From Paramicrosporidium saccamoebae KSL3 (Eukaryota; Fungi; Cryptomycota): a DNA stretch of 32,000 nucleotides. The stretch lies in NCBI GenBank assembly GCA_002794465.1, contig MTSL01000107.1, positions 37,937-69,936 of the forward strand, in the 5' to 3' direction. The notes below the pieces were generated by a model. The model worked only from the letters and a program-made list of their open reading frames with translations, ran no database searches and had not been told where the DNA came from. Each line of letters opens with the position of its first letter. Position 1 is the first letter of the stretch. A program made the position numbers and the translations under genes. Shown here piece after piece: positions 1-9,451 of the stretch.

Positions 1-186
1 CCGCTCGATAGTTGGATCCCCCGTTTTGGAAAGCGACTTGTAATTAACATTGGGGAGCCGGTAGACACTGCGCCATTAAGGGAGAGGCTGTCAGCAGTCA
101 ATTTATCGCCGGAACAGCGTCGCTCCGAAGCCACATCCGTAATAGCAGCTGAACTAGCCAAATGCTATCCGAGAAATATAGACTAA
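1..186 (+). CDS. TAZ1: Tafazzin (phospholipid transacylase), C-terminal fragment; 5' part outside window
   Basis: Frame +1 reads PLDSWIPRFGKRLVINIGEPVD...PRNID* (TAA 184-186). PRFGKRLVINIGEP matches the tafazzin C-terminal PRFG-x-x-I-x-V-x-IG-x-P motif. Not in the ORF track. Confidence 0.8.
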   Translation, partial: PLDSWIPRFGKRLVINIGEPVDTAPLRERLSAVNLSPEQRRSEATSVIAAELAKCYPRNID

Positions 187-406
187 CCCCCATTAGACTT
201 GCATTAGGTCCACTGTTGAATACTATACCCCAACATCGGATAGCAATTTCATATTCCAATCTTACTCTGACCTCACTTTAATCTTACTCCCACCTTACTC
301 TAACCTCACTTTAATCTTACTCCCACCTTACTCCAACCTCATTATCCTGCGGCCAAACGCGGAAAATGCTATAGGATAAATATAGACAAATCCCCAATTA
401 GACTTG
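160..406 (+). repeat. Imperfect 42-43 bp direct repeat (160-201 and 364-406)
   Basis: aaatgctatccgagaaatatagactaacccccattagacttg vs aaatgctataggataaatatagacaaatccccaattagacttg. Confidence 0.8.
261..341. repeat. 33-bp tandem repeat, ~2.5 copies, C/T-rich
   Basis: Unit cttactct(g/a)acctcactttaatcttactcccac at 261-293 and 294-326, partial copy 327-341. Confidence 0.9.
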
Positions 407-416
407 TGCTGCATCC

Positions 417-1970
417 ATGTCAGACATTAATTCTATACGCCAAGCCAGCGCCAACGTTTTTTCGCTCATCACCCTACAGCTATTTTCACGCATCCTAGCC
501 TTCCTCCTGAACGCCCTCTTGCTTAGAAGATTGCAGCCCGCTGTTCTTGGACTGGCAACGGTCAAGCTGGAGTTGCTTTACACTACCGTTGTCACATTGG
601 GACGAGAGGGCCTCCGACGCGCATTACTCCGCTATCCGCCCACCGACGACGGGTGGAAACGCCGTCTCATCCATATGGCATTACTGGCAGTGCCCTGTGG
701 AATTCCAGTGCTCGTCTTTGTGGTGGTTGCATTTACAGGGTCATTGCCTACAGAATTGGCCGATATGCAGATGCGGTTCTGGCTCGCCGTGGGAGTGTAT
801 TCGGGGGCAGCATTATTGGAGCTGGCGGTGGAGCCAATGTATCTTTTGTGTGTGCATTTACAAATGGTGCGAAAACGGATCCCCGTCGAATCGCTCGCAG
901 TCACGCTGCGGGCCGTTGTCGTATTAACAATTTGTTTAACAACAGCAAAGGGAGCGAATTTGTCGACAAATCTTGCGCTCGGACTGATTGCCTATCCGCT
1001 TGGCCAGTTGGCATATTCAGTTAGTCTCGTCCTCGGCTATTTTTACATTTTACGTGGCCATCTTTTCCCACTCCGTCCATTACTGCCATATCCAGAGATT
1101 GAAGTTGAAGAGTCCATTTTGCAAACCGCTCTGGACATGTCCAAGCAGGTTATGCTGCGCTACTTCCTGTCACAGGGCGATATGTGGATCATCTCCTTAC
1201 TGGCACCACTGCCGGAGCAGGGAGTGTATGCCGTAGTCAACAATTACGGATCTCTCCTTTGTCGAATCTTGCTACAACCTATGGAAGAGGCAGCTCTGTG
1301 CTTCTTTTCCCAGACTCTCGCAAAACCCCGCCAGGCCGCTTTGGATTATCTTGGCCTATTGCTAAAAGTAGATTTCCTACTTTCGATGCTGGTAGTTGTA
1401 TATGGTGTGCCCTTGTCCAGACCTTTGGTTGAGACGGTTTTAGGTACCAGGTGGAGCAGTTCGGGCATGTCCACAGCGCTGGCCATGTATTGTTTCCTGA
1501 TCCCTGCCATGGCATTTTCCGGGATTTTGGAGGCGTTCCTGCATGCAGCAATAACCCGACCATGGAATTCATTCTATCAGAATACCTCTTTGCTGTCGAC
1601 AGTGTTGTTTGTGATGGTGGCTGTGATAGGGACAATCGCACTCGGACCAGTGGGCCTGATTATGGCAAATATTGTAAACTTTTCCATCCGCGGGGCAGCG
1701 AGTTGGTATTTTTTGAAAGCCTATGCTGCAGAACACAAGTTGAATATTGTTCCCTTTCACTATCACAAGTTGGTGTACACTTATTTTAGCATATTGCTTC
1801 CCGTGTTCCTGTGGATTTCGAATGGACATCTAGATGCAACCTCCCTGTTCAGTAGACAGAGTCTATTCATCCTTGGAACATTGCCTGTCACTGCAGCCGT
1901 GATTTACATTTGTGAGCGACCTTTTATCTCATACCTGTACGCTATACGATCTAAAGATCACACAGAGTAA
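417..1970 (+). CDS. RFT1: RFT1 oligosaccharide (Man5GlcNAc2-PP-Dol) translocation protein
   Basis: 517 aa polytopic membrane protein with the Rft1 motifs LQLFSRILAFLLN, VKLELLYTTVVTLGREGLRRA, EPMY, LSQGD, QGVYAVVNNYGSLLCRILLQPMEE and ILEAF. Confidence 0.95.
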   Translation: MSDINSIRQASANVFSLITLQLFSRILAFLLNALLLRRLQPAVLGLATVKLELLYTTVVTLGREGLRRALLRYPPTDDGWKRRLIHMALLAVPCGIPVLVFVVVAFTGSLPTELADMQMRFWLAVGVYSGAALLELAVEPMYLLCVHLQMVRKRIPVESLAVTLRAVVVLTICLTTAKGANLSTNLALGLIAYPLGQLAYSVSLVLGYFYILRGHLFPLRPLLPYPEIEVEESILQTALDMSKQVMLRYFLSQGDMWIISLLAPLPEQGVYAVVNNYGSLLCRILLQPMEEAALCFFSQTLAKPRQAALDYLGLLLKVDFLLSMLVVVYGVPLSRPLVETVLGTRWSSSGMSTALAMYCFLIPAMAFSGILEAFLHAAITRPWNSFYQNTSLLSTVLFVMVAVIGTIALGPVGLIMANIVNFSIRGAASWYFLKAYAAEHKLNIVPFHYHKLVYTYFSILLPVFLWISNGHLDATSLFSRQSLFILGTLPVTAAVIYICERPFISYLYAIRSKDHTE

Positions 1971-2051
1971 TGTCAAGTGCAATACTACGAGTGTACATAA
2001 CAGTGCTACGGTTTTGTAAATTTGAGAGGGCATTATAAGTTTATTATTGTT

Positions 2052-2099
2052 GGGTTATGGGTGTGGGGTTATCAGTGCGGGTTATTAGTATAGGGTTAT
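2052..2099. repeat. GGGTTAT minisatellite, 4 copies with 13-14 bp period
   Basis: GGGTTAT at 2052, 2066, 2079 and 2093. Confidence 0.7.
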
Positions 2100-2145
2100 A
2101 ATGATTAAACATTATAGATACAGACACGCCGTTCCATCCGGTCCA

Positions 2146-2250
2146 CAGGGGGACGAGTCCTGTTTTCCAGACTTGTAGACGGGGGCATGATTTGATTCAG
2201 TCCGCCGATGAATGCATTTTTTGGTTCGATTTGCAGGGGGACGAGTCCTG
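2146..2250. repeat. Perfect 17-bp direct repeat (2146-2162, 2234-2250)
   Basis: cagggggacgagtcctg twice, 88 bp apart. Confidence 0.85.
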
Positions 2251-5200
2251 CCTGTCAACTTTCGGACTGCTCAATCGTACCCACCGTCCCATCTGCCCAT
2301 CTTCTTTATATACCGAGGCCAGACACCCATTCATGCACCCTTTCCCGAAATAGATTGTGGGTACATTTAGGGATCGGATGCAACGATTGGCCAATGGAAC
2401 TTTCACGAGGGGAACCTGTTCCACCAACCCTTTTGGACACTCTCCCGGCGCTCCTATTTGCGGTGCGGGCTGCCATTGCGCTTTTAAATGAACGACACAG
2501 ACGACCCATTGCGGCAATGGGACTGACGCAGCTCTATGAAGAGGTGGAGGGACGGCTGAAGCAGTTCAACCTGCAGGACCACGAAAACAGCGCTCAAAGC
2601 GTCGCTTCGTTTGTGCGAGAAGCTTTGCTCATTATCGAGTCGGAAGAATCCCTAACAGCGAGCGTTAAAGAGACAAAAAGGATTGGAAAGGAGTGGCTCC
2701 CCCTTTTGCACGTGTTGCTATATTCAGGCATTACATTGACGATGAATCCACCCGATGGAGAGGAGGCATATGTGACGGCAGTCCTGCAGCATCTGTTACC
2801 CATGACCAGCAAAATATGGAAATTTGGAAATGAAAGGATGCCAGAGTTTTTTGCGCCGGACGGGGATGGCGACTGGCTTGCTGTGAGTTGGGGACTCATT
2901 TGCGAATTTTTGGCGCCCAATTCCGCAGTCCTGAATGGACAGTTTGTTGCACCGGCAGTGTCATTGGTGGCCCGAATGATGAAAATATATCTTCCGTGGA
3001 GCGATGCAGAGAAGCCCGACGCGGGGCTTTTTGAACGCCACGCCTTTGACATTCGCACTGACGCCGAGTTTACTGCACTGATCCGAACTGGTCTTGGGAG
3101 TGGAGAGGGTGCAGTGCGGAAGCAAACGGTGTATATCCTAAAACAGACGATCAAATTTTGCACCTTTTATCTGCAACCACCGCTGCCGCGATCCGAGGCG
3201 GACAATACATTTATGTGGGAGGCCATTGATCGTCCGAAATGGGGAGAGATTTGGCGCAAATTTTTCCTTCTCTACGAGTCGATGCAAGAGTCACAGGTGC
3301 ACATTGTAGAGCCAATGATCCCATTGTTGCGGTCACTGATTGCGGGGCCTGTGGATGAGAAACCGGCATTGGGAAAGTCCTGGTGGGTGCTACTCATCCA
3401 GCGCGGATTTTGTTGCAATGCTGTCAATACCCGTCGGTTGGTACTCGGCTCAGTGTTGGAGATGGATTTGGCTGAATATCCACGTCTATGGGGAGCAGAT
3501 GATTTTTTGTATGGAACACTGTTAGAGGCCTTGGACTCTACCTCTCTGTACCAAGCCAATGCCGATGCTCCCACCACAGTATCAGAATTTGGAATGACCG
3601 TAGCCCGGTTTTACTGCGGATATCTGCAGACTTCCACAGACCGCAGTGTTGTAAAATATCTGGAACAAGTGGCTACCCGAATGCGTTCAGCCACACCCGT
3701 CCTGTTTCTGTTGCAGGCTCTGTTGCTACTCCCCTCCGGCCCGCTGCTTAATTTGGAGGGTGTGGTCATGCTCCGCGCATTTTCGAAAAATAATAATCTT
3801 TTCCATAACATCAAGGCCCGGCGATTGGTGCGTTGGCAGCTACTGCACATTTTCATCAATCTCGCAGATCCTTCCCAACTCGCCTTTTCTGACATTGCCA
3901 GTACCCTAACAGCGTTCCTGCGGGAGCGTTCGGCGCAATTCACCATCCATTGTCGCGAGTATACCGAACTTGCCGCCTGGCTACAGGCCAGCTACGAAGG
4001 CGATTACATTGACCGCAATATTGCCCTGGCTGTGCAGCAATATTTTTCCACCTCCCTATCTATGGCGGAGATGCGTGGTCGGGCGGAGGAGGTGGCTACC
4101 ATGCTGACTTTTACCCTGGCCAAGGAGGGTGGATTTGCCCAGGCCGTAAGACCGCTATATCAACAAATGACTCTTATTGCCAGCGCTGACGCGAAACCCT
4201 CATATGTAGTGGCGGGAGTTACCCTATTTGTGACGCTGAATGCGGCAGTCCGAGATGTGTCCTGTGGCACTGCAGATCTAATGTCCAGTTTGGACGTGTC
4301 TGCCAAGCTGTATGAATGGATCTCCGTCTGTGAGACAATTCTCCTGAAAAAGTGCGAAATGCTATCAGAGTTAGAGGCCCTCTCCATGTTACTGCGGGGG
4401 ATGGATTTGTTCTTTGAAAAGGCGGCGGAGAAGCCTGATGCATTGGTTACATATCTCGACATGTTACTGTATCGCTTGGCTGATTTACTAACAGTGTTTG
4501 CACAACAGGCAGCTGCCAAGGAAGCCGAGTCGTACTTTTTGCAACTGCAAAAGATGGTCGCCTTTGAGTTGATGGCACTGTCCTTCCGCATGCTCGAACG
4601 GGTCGGCAGTTTTCATCTCGGCTTTATCGATCCACTAATCATTGAGGCCATTGTCGACTGCGAGTTGGAAAAGCCGCCCCGACTGTCCGATGCGCAGACT
4701 GAGGAATGGGACGCCCTGCTACTTGCCTTTTCCGTCAGCAAATGGGCATTGGTCTCCACTATTGCTCGTTTTGCACAGCGCAGCGACGAAATGCACAGTC
4801 TCATAGACATTCCCTCCGTCTTTAAAAAGTGCCTCGAACGACTCGAGTCTGCCAAGTACAAGTCCGTCCTGGCCATTTTGAACTGCATGCGACAACTTGT
4901 AATGCTTCAGCACATTTCCTCAGATCTGATTGGCGAGGCCATTACCCTTTCTCGGGCCATTCTCGATGAGACTGCTAACACTCCCATTTGGTATTACCTC
5001 TATTTGGAAGCATTAATCGACTTTTTCTTTCAACCTGCTATCCTCATGCGGGATGATCTCGCTGGTTCTATAGATTCACCGGCCGGCCACCTTCTCGACC
5101 ATCTCTTGCACCATGTCGGCGTCAAGCGCAAGAACATTGTTGCCCGGCTCACCCGAAATCTCTTTTCCTTTTGGTGTAGCGACGCGGGCCATTCCTCCCG

Positions 5201-5477
5201 CGTGGCTCTGCAGCCTTATGTGAGTGAGCTGCTGCTCTATGGACCACAGCGCGAAGAGGGTGAAGAACGATTAGCCACTGCTCTGACCCTCAGCAACCAT
5301 CAAGAAAGCGTAGAAGGTGAGCGAAGGGAGGTGGTCGAAGCCTTGGGCAGTGGATGTGACTATTTGGTGCGAGTGCACATGAATACTCTTTTGCTGCATT
5401 TAGACCCCGAAGCTCGGGATGATTGCGCTTTCGCCATTACGATCCTGGACGATCTTTTAGATTCAATTGCGCAGTAA
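2208..5477 (+). CDS. TRM3: TRM3/TARBP1-like tRNA Gm18 methyltransferase, N-terminal helical region only. No SpoU domain. True start may be 2394 or 2517.
   Basis: Colinear with TARBP1 motifs as recalled: GLGSGEGAVRKQTVYILK, WRKFFLLYESMQESQVHIVEPMIP, LLEALDSTSLY, TPVLFLLQAL, ELLLYGP, DYLVRV. Stops at TAA 5475-5477 about 450 aa before the expected C-terminus. Confidence 0.85.
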   Translation: MNAFFGSICRGTSPACQLSDCSIVPTVPSAHLLYIPRPDTHSCTLSRNRLWVHLGIGCNDWPMELSRGEPVPPTLLDTLPALLFAVRAAIALLNERHRRPIAAMGLTQLYEEVEGRLKQFNLQDHENSAQSVASFVREALLIIESEESLTASVKETKRIGKEWLPLLHVLLYSGITLTMNPPDGEEAYVTAVLQHLLPMTSKIWKFGNERMPEFFAPDGDGDWLAVSWGLICEFLAPNSAVLNGQFVAPAVSLVARMMKIYLPWSDAEKPDAGLFERHAFDIRTDAEFTALIRTGLGSGEGAVRKQTVYILKQTIKFCTFYLQPPLPRSEADNTFMWEAIDRPKWGEIWRKFFLLYESMQESQVHIVEPMIPLLRSLIAGPVDEKPALGKSWWVLLIQRGFCCNAVNTRRLVLGSVLEMDLAEYPRLWGADDFLYGTLLEALDSTSLYQANADAPTTVSEFGMTVARFYCGYLQTSTDRSVVKYLEQVATRMRSATPVLFLLQALLLLPSGPLLNLEGVVMLRAFSKNNNLFHNIKARRLVRWQLLHIFINLADPSQLAFSDIASTLTAFLRERSAQFTIHCREYTELAAWLQASYEGDYIDRNIALAVQQYFSTSLSMAEMRGRAEEVATMLTFTLAKEGGFAQAVRPLYQQMTLIASADAKPSYVVAGVTLFVTLNAAVRDVSCGTADLMSSLDVSAKLYEWISVCETILLKKCEMLSELEALSMLLRGMDLFFEKAAEKPDALVTYLDMLLYRLADLLTVFAQQAAAKEAESYFLQLQKMVAFELMALSFRMLERVGSFHLGFIDPLIIEAIVDCELEKPPRLSDAQTEEWDALLLAFSVSKWALVSTIARFAQRSDEMHSLIDIPSVFKKCLERLESAKYKSVLAILNCMRQLVMLQHISSDLIGEAITLSRAILDETANTPIWYYLYLEALIDFFFQPAILMRDDLAGSIDSPAGHLLDHLLHHVGVKRKNIVARLTRNLFSFWCSDAGHSSRVALQPYVSELLLYGPQREEGEERLATALTLSNHQESVEGERREVVEALGSGCDYLVRVHMNTLLLHLDPEARDDCAFAITILDDLLDSIAQ

Positions 5478-5496
5478 CGGTACTGCCGCTCTGTAA

Positions 5497-5541
5497 TAGA
5501 GTGGATTGATTAGCTGTGTATCTGAGGATAATTTTCTAGTT
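5497..5541 (+). repeat. Dispersed repeat module Y, degenerate copy
   Basis: 5504-5541 matches 30451-30488 at 31/38 nt, ungapped (gattgattag...tgaggata...ctagtt). Confidence 0.7.
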
Positions 5542-5778
5542 TGGAGAGACCAAATAAGGATTGAGGTCTGTATCTTTGTAAGATTATTACTACGTCATTT
5601 GTGAGACTATACATAAACCGTTGGGTTAACAGTGGTCGGAAGTGAATGTATTTTCTTCCTACCCGACTTGGGCCGTTGGAATAACAACTAACGATAGTGA
5701 AGAAACTTTCCTCCTGCCTACTAAAATATTTACTTAGCCCATGGATTATTCCACACCACACTACACAATAAATCGCTG

Positions 5779-7356
5779 CTAATTGTGAACCATTTCCAAG
5801 TCTTGTAAAAAGGCCACTAGAGGAATTTCGCTTATGAAGCCCGCTTTGCGTAATTCAGCAGCTACACATTTCTGCATGGATCTCAATCTGTTCAAAGGGT
5901 TGTAGAGTGCTCGGAGAGTCGGCTCCGAGAATGGAAATGCGAGACGTCCCTCCATGTGCATAGTGACTGTAATTGTACGCGCAATGGCCCTGCATAACAC
6001 GGGAGAACTGGTACCATCGGGAAGGAATTCAAGTCCGACGGGGGTGTGTTGCAAAAGATTAGGGCACGAGGTCAGCAATTCAGTTATAACTGACAATAGA
6101 GTAGTCACGTCTTCAATATGCCTTGTGATGGTAGGTGTTTGGGGTTGAGCCGTGAAGAGGATGGGAGGAAAGATTCTGGGATTAAGAAAAATAGCATTGT
6201 GCAGATTTGTGTAATCACCCCACCATTTCACCAATTGAAGCGCATCAACCACACCAGCCGGCATATCCGCTGTACTTTGGTTTATGCAAAGTTGCTTGAG
6301 CTTGTGGCTCCATCTATTGACAGAATCTCCAAGACTAACTGTCACTAGGGGGATACTGCCATATTTGTGTGCAATTATGGAAAACTTTTGTTGCACTTTG
6401 GGATTGTGCAAGGCTATTCTAGGCCCTTTATAACGATGGAATATGCGATGCAATACAATAGGTGATTGCACGGCCACATCATGTTCGGTAATAAATCCCA
6501 CCAGCGCACTAGTTATAGAAAGTCGGCCCGTGGGTGATTCAAAGTCTGCCAAGCGTATACAGCTGCACAGCAGCTTCCCGTGCCAGAGAGCGCGTCTAGC
6601 CGGCGACATTCCTGCAGTCTCCCTCTGCAGTGCTCGAAGTCTGGTCTCATAATCGGGCTGCACTCTGTCCACATGATCCGCATTTTGGATCTCTAAATCA
6701 CGCCGCCCTCGTAGTATAGAGAATGCTCTTGCATCTAGTGTTTTGGTGCGTAACCAATGGTATAGGGCACCTGTAAACGCTAGGTTAGGGCCCAGCCCGT
6801 AATCATGGGGATCTGCCTCCAAATCCCGAATCCATCTTTCATCGTCCAAGTCAAACGATAAACCGGGTTGCAGCTGAATAAACTTTTGTTCAATCTCCGC
6901 CGTCTGTAGGAGCTCGGGCTGGTATCCTTGGTTCTGGAATATGATACTCAAGTCATTATCGGTGAAGAATACTGGCGTTCCCTCCTGCAATTTCAGCTCT
7001 CGGGGCCGATATCGGCCCAGATGTGGTTGAAGCAATGTTGCCAGCCATCGATTATGAGCACATAATCTAAATGATAGCAGTGATGGATGAAATCCTGGCA
7101 AATCTATCAAAACTTCTATCATACCCATGGATCGTTCTAACAAGGGCCGCTGTAAATCATATGTCCGCTGGAATGACGGGTCGGAGCATAAAAGACGATG
7201 AATCGAGCTCATCGTCACTAGGCAAGTCAAATCCCACGACTCGAACATGACAGTCATGCTATGATAACTAAGGACATTGTAAATGGCTCTCGGTGTTTGC
7301 TGTAGCCAAAGCGACCACACTACATGTAATAGCGCACACAGTATCGAAAACCTCAT
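5779..7356 (-). CDS. Secreted protein family, paralogue A (525 aa), no C-terminal anchor
   Basis: N-terminal signal peptide MRFSILCALLHVVWS. Shares HPSLLSF-LC, FTD-D--IF-NQG--PE, PARRALWHGK, WW--Y and C-AIARTI motifs with B-D. Confidence 0.85.
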   Translation of the reverse strand: MRFSILCALLHVVWSLWLQQTPRAIYNVLSYHSMTVMFESWDLTCLVTMSSIHRLLCSDPSFQRTYDLQRPLLERSMGMIEVLIDLPGFHPSLLSFRLCAHNRWLATLLQPHLGRYRPRELKLQEGTPVFFTDNDLSIIFQNQGYQPELLQTAEIEQKFIQLQPGLSFDLDDERWIRDLEADPHDYGLGPNLAFTGALYHWLRTKTLDARAFSILRGRRDLEIQNADHVDRVQPDYETRLRALQRETAGMSPARRALWHGKLLCSCIRLADFESPTGRLSITSALVGFITEHDVAVQSPIVLHRIFHRYKGPRIALHNPKVQQKFSIIAHKYGSIPLVTVSLGDSVNRWSHKLKQLCINQSTADMPAGVVDALQLVKWWGDYTNLHNAIFLNPRIFPPILFTAQPQTPTITRHIEDVTTLLSVITELLTSCPNLLQHTPVGLEFLPDGTSSPVLCRAIARTITVTMHMEGRLAFPFSEPTLRALYNPLNRLRSMQKCVAAELRKAGFISEIPLVAFLQDLEMVHN

Positions 7357-7539
7357 TACGAGGCTCGCATCAAAGGCCCTTTATCCCTGGCCTTACCCTT
7401 ATAAATCGCTCCCACCCTCATATGGTATCTGGCCTATCAGCGAAATCCACAAACTTTGCTTAATAAAGCCAATCTATTTCTATCTACAAAGCTATATATC
7501 AAGCTGCACGTCGGGCTATATGCCAATCTATACATCAAG

Positions 7540-9123
7540 TCACACACCAAGGCGCATGTCAGGACTCTCAATGACACTAGACAGCGGAATGTTGCTCAAC
7601 AAATGTACCAGTTGTAATTCGGTAGCTACGCATGCTTGTATTGGGCTTAGTTCATTCACAGGACTGTAAAAATCGGCAATCGTGGATCTAGAAAAGGGAA
7701 AGGCCAGTCGCTCTTCCCTTTCCATGGCGACGGTAATTGTACGCGCAATCGCTTTACATAGTAAAACGGAGACGTTATCATTGGGACAGAATTCAAGGCC
7801 GTCATCCGTGCGTATCATGAGACCCGGCATTGAGGTCAACAAGTCAGATATAATTGAAAGCAGCGTTGTCATGTCGTCAATGTGTTTGATAATGTCAGGA
7901 GGTTGGGACCGGTCCTTAAAAAGGATGGGAGGAGAAATCTTTAAGCTTTGCAATGTGACGCTACAAATATCCTCGTAGCCACCCCACCACTCTAGCAACT
8001 GCAAAGAATCGACCTCACTAGTGAGAGCATTGGCCACTGTGCTGCGTATTCGGTTCATCCTAAGAAAGCGGCGCCAGCGGTGTACGAAATCTCCAAGATT
8101 CGCAACTACCAGCGGAAGGTTATTATAAGCATGCACAAGTGCAGAAAACTTTGGTCGTGCGTCAGCATCTACGCGAATCAGCATATAAAATTTCTTCAAA
8201 AGCTGGAAGATGGACTGCAGGACGATGGGCGACTGTGCAGCCACGTCATATTCGGTAATAAAGTCTTCTAGTGCACGTAACATGTCCTCTCTACAAGTAG
8301 TTGACTCAGAAGCCGCCATTAGGATATAATTGTAAAGTAGCTTTCCATGCCAAAGGGCGCGCCTAGCCGGCGACATTTCTGCAGTCTCACCCCGCAGTGC
8401 TTGGAGTCTGGCATTATACTCACTCGGTATTCCATTTTCATACGCGACATCCCGGCTTACTAAACCGCAGCGGTCTCGTAATATGTGAAATTTCTTTGAA
8501 TCAAGTGTCTCGCTGCATAACCAGTAATATAGGGCGCCCGTAAGTGCCAGATTGGGACCCAGACCAAATTCTCGGGGATCTGCATCTAGATCCCGGATCC
8601 ATCTTTCATCATCCAGGTCAAACGATAGATTTGGTTGTAGCTCGATAAACTTTCTCTGGATTTCCATAGTGTGTAGAAGCTCTGGTCGATAGCCTTGGTT
8701 CTGGAATATAGCGCGCAGGTCCTCGTCAGTAAAGAGTACAGACACGAAGGCCAGTGGGTCCAACTTTTGGGGATGGTACTGAGCCAAATGCGGTCGGAGG
8801 TGTTCTACCAGGTATAGATTATGTGCACACAATGTAAACGAAAGTAACGATGGATGGAATTCTGGAAACTTTCCAAGAGCTTCCACCATTGCTTTTGATC
8901 GTGCTGAAGATGGCTTGTGCATATTGTACATAGACTGAAAGAGCGGATAAGAGCTTAAAAGATGGTGAAGCGAGTTTATCGTCTCCAGGCTGGCCAAATC
9001 CCAGGAATTGGCTATGATGAGCAAGGAAGAGCACGATAACGTATCGTAAAGGACCTCCAAGGTTTTCTGCAGCCGAAGAGAGTACACAGCACTTGCCAGT
9101 ACATATAAAATTGCGAGCCTCAT
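7540..9123 (-). CDS. Secreted protein family, paralogue B; likely start 9123 (track start 9210), no C-terminal anchor
   Basis: MRLAILYVLASAVYS aligns with the start of A. Same family motifs. Closest to A (LSFDLDDERWIRDL, GLGPNLA-TGALY-WL). Confidence 0.85.
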   Translation of the reverse strand: MRLAILYVLASAVYSLRLQKTLEVLYDTLSCSSLLIIANSWDLASLETINSLHHLLSSYPLFQSMYNMHKPSSARSKAMVEALGKFPEFHPSLLSFTLCAHNLYLVEHLRPHLAQYHPQKLDPLAFVSVLFTDEDLRAIFQNQGYRPELLHTMEIQRKFIELQPNLSFDLDDERWIRDLDADPREFGLGPNLALTGALYYWLCSETLDSKKFHILRDRCGLVSRDVAYENGIPSEYNARLQALRGETAEMSPARRALWHGKLLYNYILMAASESTTCREDMLRALEDFITEYDVAAQSPIVLQSIFQLLKKFYMLIRVDADARPKFSALVHAYNNLPLVVANLGDFVHRWRRFLRMNRIRSTVANALTSEVDSLQLLEWWGGYEDICSVTLQSLKISPPILFKDRSQPPDIIKHIDDMTTLLSIISDLLTSMPGLMIRTDDGLEFCPNDNVSVLLCKAIARTITVAMEREERLAFPFSRSTIADFYSPVNELSPIQACVATELQLVHLLSNIPLSSVIESPDMRLGV

Positions 9124-9451
9124 ATCCTGAATTAATTTCCAGGGCGAATACTTTTGAAGGAAGCAAATTAAAGCTAGTGTGGTATTATGAGAGAATTTGT
9201 AGCGGATCAAAATCTCTCAGCCTTTACATGTGTGGGAATAAGAGTGTATACAGCAGACCGAAATCCTTTAGTCTTTACCATTACAATACACGCCTCATAC
9301 AGAACATAATCCCTCGGTCTTTGCTGCTCCTTCACAAGCCTCATGCAAATCACAATCCCCCAGTCTCTACTACCACAACATAAATTTCATAGGAGCCAAA
9401 ACTCTTCAATCTTTGAAAGCATAAACGTCACAGATGTGCTCTCTGATTGCA

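Noticed and set aside
2146-2250. GGAC-GA-GTCC hairpin considered as a hammerhead ribozyme stem
   Set aside because: The CUGAUGA and GAAA core elements are missing in the required arrangement.
2197-2517. Antisense ORF containing VKVPLANRCIRSLNV, resembling the SpoU motif VEIPxxGxIRSLNV that TRM3 lacks
   Set aside because: The flanking SPOUT motifs are absent and the residues after SLNV do not match. An inversion could not place this terminal motif over the TRM3 5' end. Treated as coincidence.
5472-5650. Possible mini-intron rescuing TRM3 (GTAACGG...TAATAG)
   Set aside because: Splicing gives an immediate stop (CAA GTG GAT TGA). The other frames close within ~50 codons and have no SpoU motifs.
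5510-5761. 83-aa minus ORF after paralogue A, considered as a lost C-terminal tail
   Set aside because: GTG start, no similarity to the C/D tails, and it overlaps repeat module Y.
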